Assembly (NCBI GenBank): GCA_965216325.1 | Contig: OZ244160.1 | Location: 2,432,001 to 2,496,000 of the forward strand | Direction of reading: 5' to 3' | Length of the DNA stretch: 64,000 nt | DNA from: Coraliomargarita sp. | GTDB lineage: Bacteria; Verrucomicrobiota; Verrucomicrobiia; Opitutales; Coraliomargaritaceae | Part shown: piece after piece, positions 48,949 through 60,669 of the stretch | Layout: every line of letters starts with the position of its first letter | How positions within the stretch are numbered: position 1 is the stretch's first letter | The notes under the pieces: model-generated | What the model was told of the DNA's origin: nothing | What the model saw: only the letters and a program-made list of their open reading frames with translations | Database searches by the model: none | Translations under genes and position numbers: made by a program

Positions 48949-49215
48949 ATGTCCGTTCGACTTTACGTAGGTAACCTTTCTTTCGATGCTACTGGCGATG
49001 ATCTTCGCGAAATCTTTGCCAATGCAGGCGAGGTGGAAGACGCGATCATCGTGACACGTCCCGGTGGTGGTCGTCCACGTGGCTTTGGTTTTGTGACCAT
49101 GGCTGACGAAAACGACGCTGCGGAAGCGATCCGTCAGCTGGACGGTCAGGAGTTGGCCGGCCGCCCGCTCAAGGTGAATGTTGCCAAAGAGCGCGAGTCT
49201 TCCGAGGAAGCGTAG
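48949..49215 (+). CDS. RRM (RNP-1) RNA-binding protein
   Basis: RNP2 LYVGNL, RNP1 RGFGFVTM, GRPLKVNVA. Confidence 0.96.
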   Translation: MSVRLYVGNLSFDATGDDLREIFANAGEVEDAIIVTRPGGGRPRGFGFVTMADENDAAEAIRQLDGQELAGRPLKVNVAKERESSEEA

Positions 49216-49327
49216 ACTTCTTGTATGGTAGGGCTCGTGCTTGTGTAATGCCCTCTGGGTGCGCGATGCCGCCTGAGCCATGGTGAGCTGCGGCGCTTTG
49301 CAAGCAAAGGCCCTACAGTTTTCAAAG

Positions 49328-49358
<31 letters not shown>

Positions 49359-49363
49359 AATGC

Positions 49364-49397
49364 AAAAAGCCCCTGAAGGAGTCCTTCAGGGGCTTTT
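49364..49397. terminator. Bidirectional terminator between the RRM gene and xylB
   Basis: AAAAAGCCCCTGAAGGA-G-TCCTTCAGGGGCTTTT. Confidence 0.8.
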
Positions 49398-49421
49398 GAA
49401 ATATAGGACGCTTCACAAGTG

Positions 49422-50966
49422 CTAGCGAAGCAATCCGGCAAAGGCCGCCGCAGTGGATTGGTATGTGTCAGCTGAGGTCTTTGGCTCGATGGTGCTACCT
49501 GCTTCAGGCTGGCAGAACTGTGCTTCGATCTCGGCGAATGCGATGCCGAGTTCGTTGTTGGCGGCACGCATCGCAGCGCCGAGTCCAACGGAACCACTGA
49601 CCGCCAGTCGCTGGACCTTGGCTTGGAAGATGTCCGCGACGACTTGTGCGATGGCATCGTTTTGGGAGGCTCCACCGGTGAGATAGATGACTTCAGGTTC
49701 GAGCTTCATCCAGGCAACACGTTGTTGCATATTGATGAACTGTCCTTCCACGCAGGCGCGGATCGCGGCATCGGCGTCTTCCCAGGTAGTGAAGCGGTCG
49801 TTGCCTTTAAGCAGTGGCGCGTCGAGTTCAACGCGTGGGCTTATTTCGGGGCGGAAGAAGGGCACCATGACGTTGCCGTCGTTGCCTGCAGGAGTTTTTT
49901 CGAAGGCAGCGGTGAACTGATCCCAGTCGTAGCCGAACTTGTCCTTGACCTCTTCGCGGGCGAGCGAGCCATTGACGAAGCATTGCAGAGACATGGAGCC
50001 GCCGGCAGGGTTGCCGAAGACGTGGCCGCAGCCATCGGGGTCCGCCACGACGCCTGGCATTGCCGCAAAGAAGGTGTCGGAGGTGCCGAGTGAGACGACG
50101 AGCTTGCCGGGCTGGCTGGCGCCCATGCCCACGAGACTGCTTGGATTGTCGCCGGTGAATACGGTGACTGGTGTGTCGGCGCTGAAGCCGAACTTTTCGA
50201 CGAAGTAGTTGGAGATGGTGCCTGCAGTGGTGTTGCCCTGAGCAACCGGGGGAAGCTTTTCCTTGAGGCTTGGCGCGGTGGCTTCGAGTAGGTCGGCATC
50301 CCAGTCCCATTGCTGAATGTTGACCAAGTTCATGCCTGCGCCGTCACCCGTGTCGATTGCGCAGTCAGTTCCGCAAATGACTGAGCAAAGGAATGAGCTG
50401 ACGAGGTGAATGCGCGCAGTTTTTGCGTAAGCGGGGGTATCTTGTTTGTAGAAGCGGCGGATTTGTGGACCCGTGAAACGCTCAATCATGATCGAGCCGG
50501 ATTTTTCGCAGACGGCCTCGTTGCTACCAATGGTTGCTGCGATTTCGGCACACTCTTCACTGGTCGAGCTGTCCATCCAGATTGGTGATGTTGCGCGGCT
50601 CAGGCAGCCTTCAATTTGAGCAGAGAGTGACTGGGCAGTCGAGAGTGAGCTGACGGTCTCGAACCAGTCGCTGTTGAGATAGACTGAGCCGTGCTGTTGG
50701 CCTGCTCCTGAGATGGCGGCTACTCTGGACAGGTCGCACTGTTTGCCTAGGTCTTCGAGCACGAGCTCGAGTGCATCGAGCCACATGCGTGGATCCGAGT
50801 GCACTTCACCATTGGCTCCATCTGGGATGAAGCCGTTCGGGGCGTTGTATTCGGGAAGACGCTCGCCGAAGTTGACGGATGCTTCAGCGATGATAGTGCC
50901 CGCTTGTGTGTCGATCACGATGGCCGAGCAGCTTTGTGTGGAGGAGTCGATACCGAGTGTATACAT
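49422..50966 (-). CDS. xylB: Xylulokinase (FGGY family)
   Basis: LGIDSSTQS, GQQHGSVY, IWMDSST, TGDNP, SLGTS, TGGASQN; downstream of xylA. Confidence 0.93.
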   Translation of the reverse strand: MYTLGIDSSTQSCSAIVIDTQAGTIIAEASVNFGERLPEYNAPNGFIPDGANGEVHSDPRMWLDALELVLEDLGKQCDLSRVAAISGAGQQHGSVYLNSDWFETVSSLSTAQSLSAQIEGCLSRATSPIWMDSSTSEECAEIAATIGSNEAVCEKSGSIMIERFTGPQIRRFYKQDTPAYAKTARIHLVSSFLCSVICGTDCAIDTGDGAGMNLVNIQQWDWDADLLEATAPSLKEKLPPVAQGNTTAGTISNYFVEKFGFSADTPVTVFTGDNPSSLVGMGASQPGKLVVSLGTSDTFFAAMPGVVADPDGCGHVFGNPAGGSMSLQCFVNGSLAREEVKDKFGYDWDQFTAAFEKTPAGNDGNVMVPFFRPEISPRVELDAPLLKGNDRFTTWEDADAAIRACVEGQFINMQQRVAWMKLEPEVIYLTGGASQNDAIAQVVADIFQAKVQRLAVSGSVGLGAAMRAANNELGIAFAEIEAQFCQPEAGSTIEPKTSADTYQSTAAAFAGLLR

Positions 50967-51076
50967 GGGTTTGTGAGAGGTGAAAAATGAAGTGTCTGGA
51001 TAAAAAAATGAGGGTGAGGTAATCGTGTTAGAACACTTTCACCGTCACCCTCACTGTTCACTCTTGTTAATGAGTT

Positions 51077-52381
<1,305 letters not shown>

Positions 52382-52482
52382 AAGACGTTCTATTGAGGTT
52401 GATGTGAAAGCTGAGATTATAGTCTAGTTATCGTAGAATTGGAATTGCGTGGAGCGCCAAATTCTTTGCAGAATTCGTCATT

Positions 52483-53220
52483 ATGGAGCTTGGGGTAGGT
52501 CAAATAGATGTCTGTTCGTTGGAATCGATACTCGCCTTGTTTGATGAGTTGGATGATGTCTTGTTTTGGGTGAAAGACGGAAAACACCGGATATCTGCGC
52601 TGAATCGTGCATTTGCAGAACGAGTCAAATTGCCTGCTGCTGAGATTGTGGGGCGGACTGATCGAGAGCTCTACCATCAGGAGCTTGCAGAAGTCTTTAT
52701 AAAGGATGATCAGCGGGTTTTGGAGTCGGGTGAGCCCATGCGGTATAAGGTCGAATTGCTCACTAGTCGGTTTGGTGGCGTAGAGTGGCGCAATACCACA
52801 AAATTGCCAGTTGTGAATGCAGATGGATTGGTGATTGGCACGACGGGTATTTCGCGGCCTTTGCCGAATGCTTCGGATGCGCTGCCTGCGCCATATCGGG
52901 CCTTCGGCGCAATTGTGGAGTATGCACGTAGTCACCTGTCAGGCCGAGTTACGGTAACGCAGATTGCGGAGCAGGCCGGCATGTCGATTGCCACATTGGA
53001 GCGGCGCTTTCGCGAGCATCTACGTTTGAGTCCGAGGGCCTTTCTTGCGCAGATGCGCTTGTCGCATGCCTGCCAGTTGTTAAGGGATACACCGTTAAAT
53101 ATGGAGGAGATCGCGCTTGAGTGTGGTTATGAGAGCCCCGCTGCATTCTCGCGTGCCTTTCGTCGGGAGATGGAATTGTCTCCGAGTGGCTTTCGGCGGG
53201 CGGTTCGCGCCTCATGTTGA
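52483..53220 (+). CDS. AraC-family regulator with PAS domain, divergent from xylA
   Basis: FWVKD...VGRTD PAS segment; C-terminal IALECGYESPAAFSRAFRR..SP. Confidence 0.92.
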   Translation: MELGVGQIDVCSLESILALFDELDDVLFWVKDGKHRISALNRAFAERVKLPAAEIVGRTDRELYHQELAEVFIKDDQRVLESGEPMRYKVELLTSRFGGVEWRNTTKLPVVNADGLVIGTTGISRPLPNASDALPAPYRAFGAIVEYARSHLSGRVTVTQIAEQAGMSIATLERRFREHLRLSPRAFLAQMRLSHACQLLRDTPLNMEEIALECGYESPAAFSRAFRREMELSPSGFRRAVRASC

Positions 53221-53348
53221 TAAGCGGGTGTAATTGTGGTGATAACCTTAACAGTCGTGGGCTGGCTAAAGGTGGCTTCGTCGGTGGCAATACTTGACAT
53301 CAGTTCTGCGCTATTATCAGGTTCACAAGTTCTAGACATACTTTCCCC

Positions 53349-56300
53349 ATGTATTCTAAATATAAATTGTTATTTTTTGTTACGCTTTGTGCGTATCTCA
53401 CATCTTTGCCGAGAGTGCTCGCACAAGATCCGACCCAGATGGGATTCACGGATCTGCAAGCTCAGGCGAACAGCCTAGTTGAACGCGGCCAATTGCTGGA
53501 GGCTTTGCCGTTTTTGCAGGAGTTGATCAAGCGCGTTGATAGCTCGGATAATTCGGACTATGCGCTGGACTTCCCACTATTCTTAACTGGCACGGCGTAT
53601 ATCCAAAGCTATGTGAATACCGGTAATGCGGGTGAGCTTAATCGTGCTTTGCAGTGGTATGACCGCTTGGAGAAGGACTATCCGAATTCTCCGAACGTCA
53701 AGGAGGCCTTGCTTAAGCGAATCGATATTTTGCGTGCGCTCAAGAAGACTGATGCGGCATTGGCACTCATGCAGGACATGCTATCTGGTAAGCGTTCGGT
53801 CAATCTGACGAATGCGGAGCGGCTTAAGATTCTTAAGGATGTCTGCCAAATTTATTATGGTTTGGGCAAGCTTCAGCCAGGACTGCCGTTTTTTGCGCAG
53901 CTGATTCAGGTCGCTGGAACTGTCGAGGATAAGAGCTTGGGGGCGGCCGCGAGTTTTGAAGGCTTTATTGAGGCCAAGCGTTTGGACGATGCGATTAAGA
54001 TGTTGCCGATTTTGGCGAAAGAGTCGGATGTTCGCTACAATCCACGTCTGAATGTCGCCTTGTTGAAGGCCAGTGATACCATGGTGGAGCAGGAGCGCTA
54101 CACGGATGCAGCTCTGCTGCTTAATTTGATCAAGACCACGGATGTCATGATCGAGTTTAATGAAGTGAAGCTTGCGAATAAGAAGACCGTGCTGCAGCGA
54201 CTTCAGGACTTGGGCGGCTCGCAGGACCGGATTGATGTCCTGAGTCAGGAAGTGGCAATTCTCGAGGCGAATTTGAAGATGTTGCGCGAGTTGCCAACGC
54301 TTCGTAATGAATTGCTCGTGCGTCGTGCGCGTAACTTTACGAAGACGGATCGACGCTATGAATCGTTCTGGATGTTCTTCGATTTGATGAATGAAAACCC
54401 GCGGGACAAGCGTGCTGAGTTTTATCACTACGCAGCCTTTGCGGGTGCACGCCAGATCGGAAAGGTCGACACCATGCTTGATCTAGGCCGTTCTTATCGA
54501 TCCAAGTTCCCACAAGGTGATTATTATTCGGATGTGACTGCGGCCTATGTGACCAAGTTGAATGAGCTTGGTGAAGAATCTGAGGTCATGGAAGTTGCGA
54601 TTCAGTTCCTGGATACTCGACCGCAGGATCCGTTCTCGCAAACAATGCTGACTATTTGGGTGGCCAAGCTTCTGGCGGTGAATGATTTTCGTGCGATCGA
54701 TAACCAGTGCGCGAAGTGGCGCACCATGCACCGCAGTCCAGTCTTTGAAGACGGTCTTTACTACTGGCCGGCAATGGCCCACCTGCAATCAGCAAACTAT
54801 CAGGATGCTGTGAACAATCTTGAGATCCTGTTGGATAAGTTCCCGACTAGCATTTATGCGGAAGACGGCATGATGCGCAAGGGTGTCTGCGAATTCTATC
54901 TACAGGATTATGTAGCGGCAGAAAAGACCTTGCTGAAGTATATCGAGCGATACCCGAATGGTAGTGTGGCGGATCAGGCTCAATACTATATGGGTGAAGT
55001 TGAGGCGCTGAAACAGGATACCCGTAGCGCGTTGATGCGCTTCGCTAAGGCCAATCGTCTGACAACCTCGCAGCAAATGCACGATGCGTGCACTTTCCGA
55101 ATTGCCGACCTCTACATGCTGGAGCAGCGCTATGACAAGATGCGCGACCATCTTCTCGAATACATTAACACCTACGGAGAGAATGGGCAGCTTGCGAAGG
55201 CTAATCTATTGCTGGGACAGGCGTATGAGGCATTGAATCAGCCGGTTAAGATGTTGTCTCTCTACCGCGAAATGATCGATCGCTACGCGCTGGATACCGA
55301 AAACCAAGGTGTTGATGTGTTGATCGAGGACTATGCTGAGAAGTATACGACCAATCTGAAGAAGCTGGAGCGCACCGTGACGTTCATCAACCAGATGGAG
55401 AATGATATTGAGTTCCGCACGCGTATGGTGACCGACCGTGGCGCTCTGTTTGAGGAGTTCTACCTCAATCCAGACCTAGAGCAGTCACTCTACAATAAGT
55501 TGCGGATGCATCCGGAGTTTACAGATGCCTTGGTCGAGGACCTCTCTCCGATCGGGGATGTGCTCGATTCCTTCCGTGATCAGCTTGCCTCCTATCCAAA
55601 GGAAACACCCGTAGATTTCTTTAAGCGCCAGCTTGCAGCTTATCAGGCTGCGAACGAGCGTGTCGGCGAGGCTCGTATGTTGATGGGGCTGTATCGCTCA
55701 GGTGTTGAACTGAAACCATCGAAGCCTTTTGACTCGACATTCTTGGCCGATTTGACGCCTCGTCTGCTACTATATGTCGCCGATTCTTCGCGTTTGAGCA
55801 ATTTGGATTTTGCAGTGGAGACTTGGACGGTCTTGTTGAGTAACTTCCCAGACGACGACGCGACCATCGTTGCCTACATACGACTGGCTGATGTGAGTTC
55901 TGAGCTCGGTGATTTGAATGGAGCACTGAACTATCTGGACGCAATTCTGGAGAATTTTGCCGGTTCACCAAAGATTCCAATGGTCATCCTTCAGCAAGGC
56001 AGGTTCTTGACTGAGCTGGGGCGTTACAACGAGGCACGTGATAAATACCAGTATATTTTACGTGTGCCAGAGTGGCGCGGGGAATTGCATGCACGAGCTT
56101 TATTGCAGACCGGTGATGCCTTTATGGCGGAGCAATCGTATGCCGAGGCCCATGGTTTCTATGAGCGCACATTCCTAGGTTACTCACACATGGCAGAGTG
56201 GGCAGCTAGAGCCTATTTGGCGGATGCCAAAGCCCTCGTCGCGTTGGGTGACCGAGCCGGGGCGAAGGCGACATTGACTGAGGCTGCGACGGAATTGGAA

Positions 56301-56357
56301 GCATCCGCTCCAGCAGAACTTTACAAGCAGATTCAAGATGAACTCAGCACACTTTAA
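53349..56357 (+). CDS. Large secreted tetratricopeptide-repeat protein
   Basis: Signal peptide; many YP.S/FP.S TPR turns (KDYPNS, KFPTS, RYPNG). Confidence 0.85.
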   Translation: MYSKYKLLFFVTLCAYLTSLPRVLAQDPTQMGFTDLQAQANSLVERGQLLEALPFLQELIKRVDSSDNSDYALDFPLFLTGTAYIQSYVNTGNAGELNRALQWYDRLEKDYPNSPNVKEALLKRIDILRALKKTDAALALMQDMLSGKRSVNLTNAERLKILKDVCQIYYGLGKLQPGLPFFAQLIQVAGTVEDKSLGAAASFEGFIEAKRLDDAIKMLPILAKESDVRYNPRLNVALLKASDTMVEQERYTDAALLLNLIKTTDVMIEFNEVKLANKKTVLQRLQDLGGSQDRIDVLSQEVAILEANLKMLRELPTLRNELLVRRARNFTKTDRRYESFWMFFDLMNENPRDKRAEFYHYAAFAGARQIGKVDTMLDLGRSYRSKFPQGDYYSDVTAAYVTKLNELGEESEVMEVAIQFLDTRPQDPFSQTMLTIWVAKLLAVNDFRAIDNQCAKWRTMHRSPVFEDGLYYWPAMAHLQSANYQDAVNNLEILLDKFPTSIYAEDGMMRKGVCEFYLQDYVAAEKTLLKYIERYPNGSVADQAQYYMGEVEALKQDTRSALMRFAKANRLTTSQQMHDACTFRIADLYMLEQRYDKMRDHLLEYINTYGENGQLAKANLLLGQAYEALNQPVKMLSLYREMIDRYALDTENQGVDVLIEDYAEKYTTNLKKLERTVTFINQMENDIEFRTRMVTDRGALFEEFYLNPDLEQSLYNKLRMHPEFTDALVEDLSPIGDVLDSFRDQLASYPKETPVDFFKRQLAAYQAANERVGEARMLMGLYRSGVELKPSKPFDSTFLADLTPRLLLYVADSSRLSNLDFAVETWTVLLSNFPDDDATIVAYIRLADVSSELGDLNGALNYLDAILENFAGSPKIPMVILQQGRFLTELGRYNEARDKYQYILRVPEWRGELHARALLQTGDAFMAEQSYAEAHGFYERTFLGYSHMAEWAARAYLADAKALVALGDRAGAKATLTEAATELEASAPAELYKQIQDELSTL

Positions 56358-56358
56358 C

Positions 56359-57522
56359 ATGAACCGGACTTACAGCTTACCCCGACTTCCCGGTTGCCTA
56401 CGTCGCTCAGTGGCCCTCGCTACTGTGCTTGGGCTTGGTTTCGGAACTCTGATTGCAGACAATGCGTATTGGGATCAGTATGGAAATACTGCTGTCTACG
56501 TCGAGCAGGACAATAACGGCCGTAAGCAAAAGCTGAAGTTTCTGGGTTACAGCAACGGCATGTTGGTTGCTGAAATCGAGATGAAGAACCCGGATGGTTC
56601 GACTGCGGTTGCAGAGGTTTCGCAACCGATTAGTCAAAGTATGGTTCAGACCTTGTCGTTGAAACTGGATAAGCTTCCAGAGGCTGACCGACAACTCAAT
56701 GCGAATAATCTTGAGGGCGCGCTCACGATTTTGCGTCCTGAGGTCTATCCACTCGTTAAATTTGCCGAAGTGCCCGAGACTTTTCGTCAGCTACATGTGC
56801 CTGTTCAAAAGCTGCTTAATACGCTGATTCGAGCGCAACAGTATGAGGAAGCAACCGACCTGATTGAGCGTATCCCGCTGGATAAGGTTAGTGTGGAATA
56901 CAGTGTGTTCGCGCTACAGTTGATCAATGGATATATCGCAATGGGCGATTATGAGGCTGCGACTGCTCTAGCGAACCGTGTGCCGCTGGATAGCAACTAC
57001 GCGAAGAACATTAGCCCGGTCATGGATATTGCCGCAAAGCTTCGTAACGCGGAGCAATACGAAGCCGCGATTCCCTTGTATCGGAGTGTGCGCGAAGTGG
57101 TGCCTGCTGCGACGAAGGCGAACCTCGATATGTGGTTAGCTTATAGTCTGGTGTTGGCGAATCGCTTGAATGAGGCGGTGCCTATTATTGATGCACTGAA
57201 TGAGCCAGAGCCTAAGGAGCGACTCTTTTCTCTCTACAAATTGCTACAGGGCTCGCTGGAGTATCGTAAGGAGAATTACCCAGTGGCTCTGGATACGCTG
57301 ACTCGTGGATTTGTCCGTGCGCAAACCTCATACAGTTGGGTGCCTGAGATGCTGTATCTCATCGGGGATTGCTATAAGCGTTCCGGTGAGTTTGAAGCCG
57401 CACGCAATGTTTGGACTGAAATTTCAATCCTGTATCCAGATTCTCCATGGGCACCTCGTGCGGACAGCGCGCTTGCCAAGCTGCCACCGAAGCCCAGTAC
57501 TCCTGCTGAGCAAGCACAATAG
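56359..57522 (+). CDS. Secreted TPR protein (CpoB-like C-terminus)
   Basis: Signal-like N-terminus; PEMLYLIGDCY..ILYPDSPWA. Confidence 0.8.
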   Translation: MNRTYSLPRLPGCLRRSVALATVLGLGFGTLIADNAYWDQYGNTAVYVEQDNNGRKQKLKFLGYSNGMLVAEIEMKNPDGSTAVAEVSQPISQSMVQTLSLKLDKLPEADRQLNANNLEGALTILRPEVYPLVKFAEVPETFRQLHVPVQKLLNTLIRAQQYEEATDLIERIPLDKVSVEYSVFALQLINGYIAMGDYEAATALANRVPLDSNYAKNISPVMDIAAKLRNAEQYEAAIPLYRSVREVVPAATKANLDMWLAYSLVLANRLNEAVPIIDALNEPEPKERLFSLYKLLQGSLEYRKENYPVALDTLTRGFVRAQTSYSWVPEMLYLIGDCYKRSGEFEAARNVWTEISILYPDSPWAPRADSALAKLPPKPSTPAEQAQ

Positions 57523-57567
57523 ATCAATCTCTACATTTTAATCAAATTGTCGAACCAATCGAAAAGT

Positions 57568-58353
57568 ATGAAATCATCAAAGTTCCGTTATCTTCCGTCC
57601 TTTTTAGCCATTGCGCTCTTTGTCGGTGCATCTCAATGGTTAATGACACAATCGCTTAGCGCTCAAGAAGTCGCACCTGCAACTGAAGAAGTTGCTGAAG
57701 CCGAAGAAGCGGGTCCGCCGAAGAAGACATTGATTGACCAGTATAAGACTGGTGGCTGGGCGATGTATCCGCTCACATTCTTCTCGATCGCTGGTCTCGG
57801 TTTGATCGTCTATAATTTTATGGGGGTGAAGTCTGGCGTGATTCTGCGCCCGGATGCGATTCAAGAGGTCGATAAAGCGCTTGAAGCTCTCGATATCGAA
57901 AAGGCGAAGGCCATCTGTGCGGAGAATCCGGCTCCAGCGACTAATATCATTGCCGCGGGCTTGCACCGTGTGAACGTTGCCAATTACGAGCCAGAGCCAA
58001 TTAAGGAGGCGATTGAAGAGGCTTCTTCTGAAGAGCTCGCTGGTCCGTTTGTATTGATTAACTACCTTTCGGTTGTCGGTTCGCTCTCGCCAATGGTGGG
58101 TCTTCTCGGAACGGTTTCCGGTATGGTTAAGGCGTTCAATGTGATTGAGTCTGAGGGTGCCGGTAGTGCTCAGGCGCTTGCGGGTAATATTTCTGAGGCC
58201 TTGATCACCACCGCTTCCGGTATGATCGTGGGTATTCCTGCGATGTTCTTCTTTTTCTTCTTCAAGAATAAGTATGGTAAGATCACTTCGCGTGTTGCCC
58301 GAGTGGTCGGTGACCTCGAATTTACTTTGACGACTGCAATCAAGCAACGCTAA
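57568..58353 (+). CDS. MotA/TolQ/ExbB proton channel protein
   Basis: GGWAMYPL, SPMVGLLGTVSGM, ISEALITTASGMIVGIPA. Confidence 0.95.
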   Translation: MKSSKFRYLPSFLAIALFVGASQWLMTQSLSAQEVAPATEEVAEAEEAGPPKKTLIDQYKTGGWAMYPLTFFSIAGLGLIVYNFMGVKSGVILRPDAIQEVDKALEALDIEKAKAICAENPAPATNIIAAGLHRVNVANYEPEPIKEAIEEASSEELAGPFVLINYLSVVGSLSPMVGLLGTVSGMVKAFNVIESEGAGSAQALAGNISEALITTASGMIVGIPAMFFFFFFKNKYGKITSRVARVVGDLEFTLTTAIKQR

Positions 58354-58376
58354 GCCGCGTCACCGCTTTATTTGCT

Positions 58377-58781
58377 ATGAAAATGTGGACCCCAGATGAT
58401 GTCGACCCGGAGTTTGAATTGACTCCGATGATTGACGTCGTGTTCCTCCTCATCGCGTTCTTCATGACCTTGATGAGCTTTATCAGCGCGGAGCTGATCA
58501 AGTTGGAACTCCCCACAGCTGAAGAGGCTAGCATCCCGGAAGAGCCCGGTGAACGTCAGTATATCTCCATTACTGGTGAGGGCGTGCTCTATCTCGGTGC
58601 ATCGGAAATTACTTACGAAGCACTTCCTGCTGCGTTAACTCACCTCCGGCAGACGATTCCCGGCTTGAAGCTCTATCTGCGTGCAGATGGCATTACGACG
58701 CACGGGCATGTCAACAAAGTGATGGATAGCTGTGCCCAAGCGGGTATCTTCGACTTAATTTTCGCCTCTTCCCAGGATTAA
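58377..58781 (+). CDS. ExbD/TolR family protein
   Basis: LTPMIDVVFLLIAFFM, LRAD. Confidence 0.95.
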   Translation: MKMWTPDDVDPEFELTPMIDVVFLLIAFFMTLMSFISAELIKLELPTAEEASIPEEPGERQYISITGEGVLYLGASEITYEALPAALTHLRQTIPGLKLYLRADGITTHGHVNKVMDSCAQAGIFDLIFASSQD

Positions 58782-58786
58782 TCATT

Positions 58787-59221
58787 ATGGCTGCAGGCAA
58801 TACAGTTCTTGAATCGGAAGACAAAGTTGACATCACCTCGATGATCGACGTGGTCTTTCTTTTGTTGATTTACTTCATGTTTCTCCCTCTGCAACAGGAA
58901 GCGGATATTGGTATTAAACTACCGAGTGAGTCGCCCCCTGCGGAGAACTTGGAATTACCCAGTGAGCATATTGTAGAGGTCTTTCCCAATGGGTTGATTT
59001 TGCTCAATGGTGCCCCGATGGACGGTGTCGACGACCGTATAATGCAGAAATTGACGACCACGCTGACGCGTCTGAAGTTGTCTTCGGACCGTGCGGGAAT
59101 CGATACCGTGGTGAAGATTCAGGCCGATCCGGATTCTCCTCACCAGCGTTCGGTGGATGTGCTGAATGCATGTGCAAAAGCGGACATATCGAAGGTATCG
59201 TTCGCTTCATACGGAGGATAG
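58787..59221 (+). CDS. ExbD/TolR family protein (second paralog)
   Basis: ITSMIDVVFLLLIYFM, VDVLNAC. Confidence 0.95.
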   Translation: MAAGNTVLESEDKVDITSMIDVVFLLLIYFMFLPLQQEADIGIKLPSESPPAENLELPSEHIVEVFPNGLILLNGAPMDGVDDRIMQKLTTTLTRLKLSSDRAGIDTVVKIQADPDSPHQRSVDVLNACAKADISKVSFASYGG

Positions 59222-59289
59222 AGGTATACTAGTGATGGGTTGAGCCCCAGCGGACTGGCTGGACGCCTGTTCGCTTCGCCCCAAGTGCA

Positions 59290-60669
59290 ATGATTACGAT
59301 AGAAAAGAAAAAACAATTTAACCCAATGCTGATGAAAGTGATCATCGTGAGCGTTGGGCTTCACGTTATTGCTGGCTTCGTCGCTGGTGTTATCACAATT
59401 GCCAATGTTGTGATCAAGGAAGAGGCGCAATTTGATGAGCCGCCTGCGGTTGAACAGGAAGAGCCTCCACCTGAAGTCAAGGTTGAGATTAAGCCGCAAG
59501 CACCGCAGCAGAATATGCAGCAGCAGCTCAGAATGCGCCCTGTTGCCAATATTGCGGTTGCACAGGTTGATGTGAATCTACCGAGCATGGAGCAGAACTT
59601 TACAGTAAGTGCTGGTCTTGGTGGTCTTGGCGGAGGCAATTTACTTGGGGGGGCACGCGGATCGCTGGGATTGGGCATGTCGGACGTCAATGTGTTCGGC
59701 TTGAAGACACGTGCTGAGCGTATTCTCTTCGTGATCGATACGAACCGGCAAATGGTGACCGACAAGAAGGGGGGCTTGAATAGCTATCAGGTGATTAAGG
59801 ACGAAATCACTGACATGGTAGGCAATCTTTCAGCAGGCACCTTGTTTAATGTTATGCTGCAAGATCGTCGTCGGGTCATGATGTTCAAGCCTCAGTTAGT
59901 GCCGGCGGGTAGTGAGGTGCATCAGCAGTTGGTTCGTTGGGTTGGGCAGGTGAACACCGATGCAGAGAATCCCGGTTTGGAGGGGGTTTCAGCTGCCAAG
60001 CAGCCTAAGCTGACGGCTATGCCCGAGTCTGAAATGCAGAAGCTGCTTACATTCAGTGGTCACCATGCAAATGAAACAGGCTTCCTGACTCAGGTTGCTC
60101 TGGAGCAGAATGCAGATGCAATCTTTTTTATCACGGGCAATCACCGTGGTTTTGATGATGTCCTTGCACCTGCGTCGGAAAAGCAGAAGCGTGATTTTGA
60201 GAAGCGGAAGGCAAGTAAGGAGTATCAGGAGCAGTTGGCTGCGCATCGGCTTGAGGTCGCGCAGATGGAGCAGCGAGTGAAGGCTGAGCTTGCTCGACAG
60301 AATGCGGAACGCGCGAAAAAAGGGCAGCCACCCCGTGTGCTTGGACAGCGCGGTGTGTATTCTGCGGCTGGCGAACTTGGAATTAAATGGAAGACTCCGC
60401 ACCCCGGGCATGGTCCAGGGCACCAAAGGGTCGAAGCCAAAGACGTGTCTAAGTATTTCAAGCAGCTGATTGCTCGGTTATATACGGACCATGAGAAAAC
60501 GCCTCCATCCATCAACGTCGTGCTTTTCCTTGCTGGTGATGAAGAGTATCGACCTGAGTGGAAAAAGCAGCTCGATCAGTATGTGCGTTTCTTTAAGGGG
60601 AAAAACCGTTTAATCCGGGGGGAGAAGGAAATCAAGAGCGCTCGCTCATCTAAGAACACCAAAAACTAA
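59290..60669 (+). CDS. Membrane-anchored protein with Pro/Glu-rich linker and vWA-like domain
   Basis: TM with SxxxH (VSVGLHV), [14 protein letters not shown], Gly-rich stretch, [22 protein letters not shown]. Confidence 0.7.
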   Translation: MITIEKKKQFNPMLMKVIIVSVGLHVIAGFVAGVITIANVVIKEEAQFDEPPAVEQEEPPPEVKVEIKPQAPQQNMQQQLRMRPVANIAVAQVDVNLPSMEQNFTVSAGLGGLGGGNLLGGARGSLGLGMSDVNVFGLKTRAERILFVIDTNRQMVTDKKGGLNSYQVIKDEITDMVGNLSAGTLFNVMLQDRRRVMMFKPQLVPAGSEVHQQLVRWVGQVNTDAENPGLEGVSAAKQPKLTAMPESEMQKLLTFSGHHANETGFLTQVALEQNADAIFFITGNHRGFDDVLAPASEKQKRDFEKRKASKEYQEQLAAHRLEVAQMEQRVKAELARQNAERAKKGQPPRVLGQRGVYSAAGELGIKWKTPHPGHGPGHQRVEAKDVSKYFKQLIARLYTDHEKTPPSINVVLFLAGDEEYRPEWKKQLDQYVRFFKGKNRLIRGEKEIKSARSSKNTKN

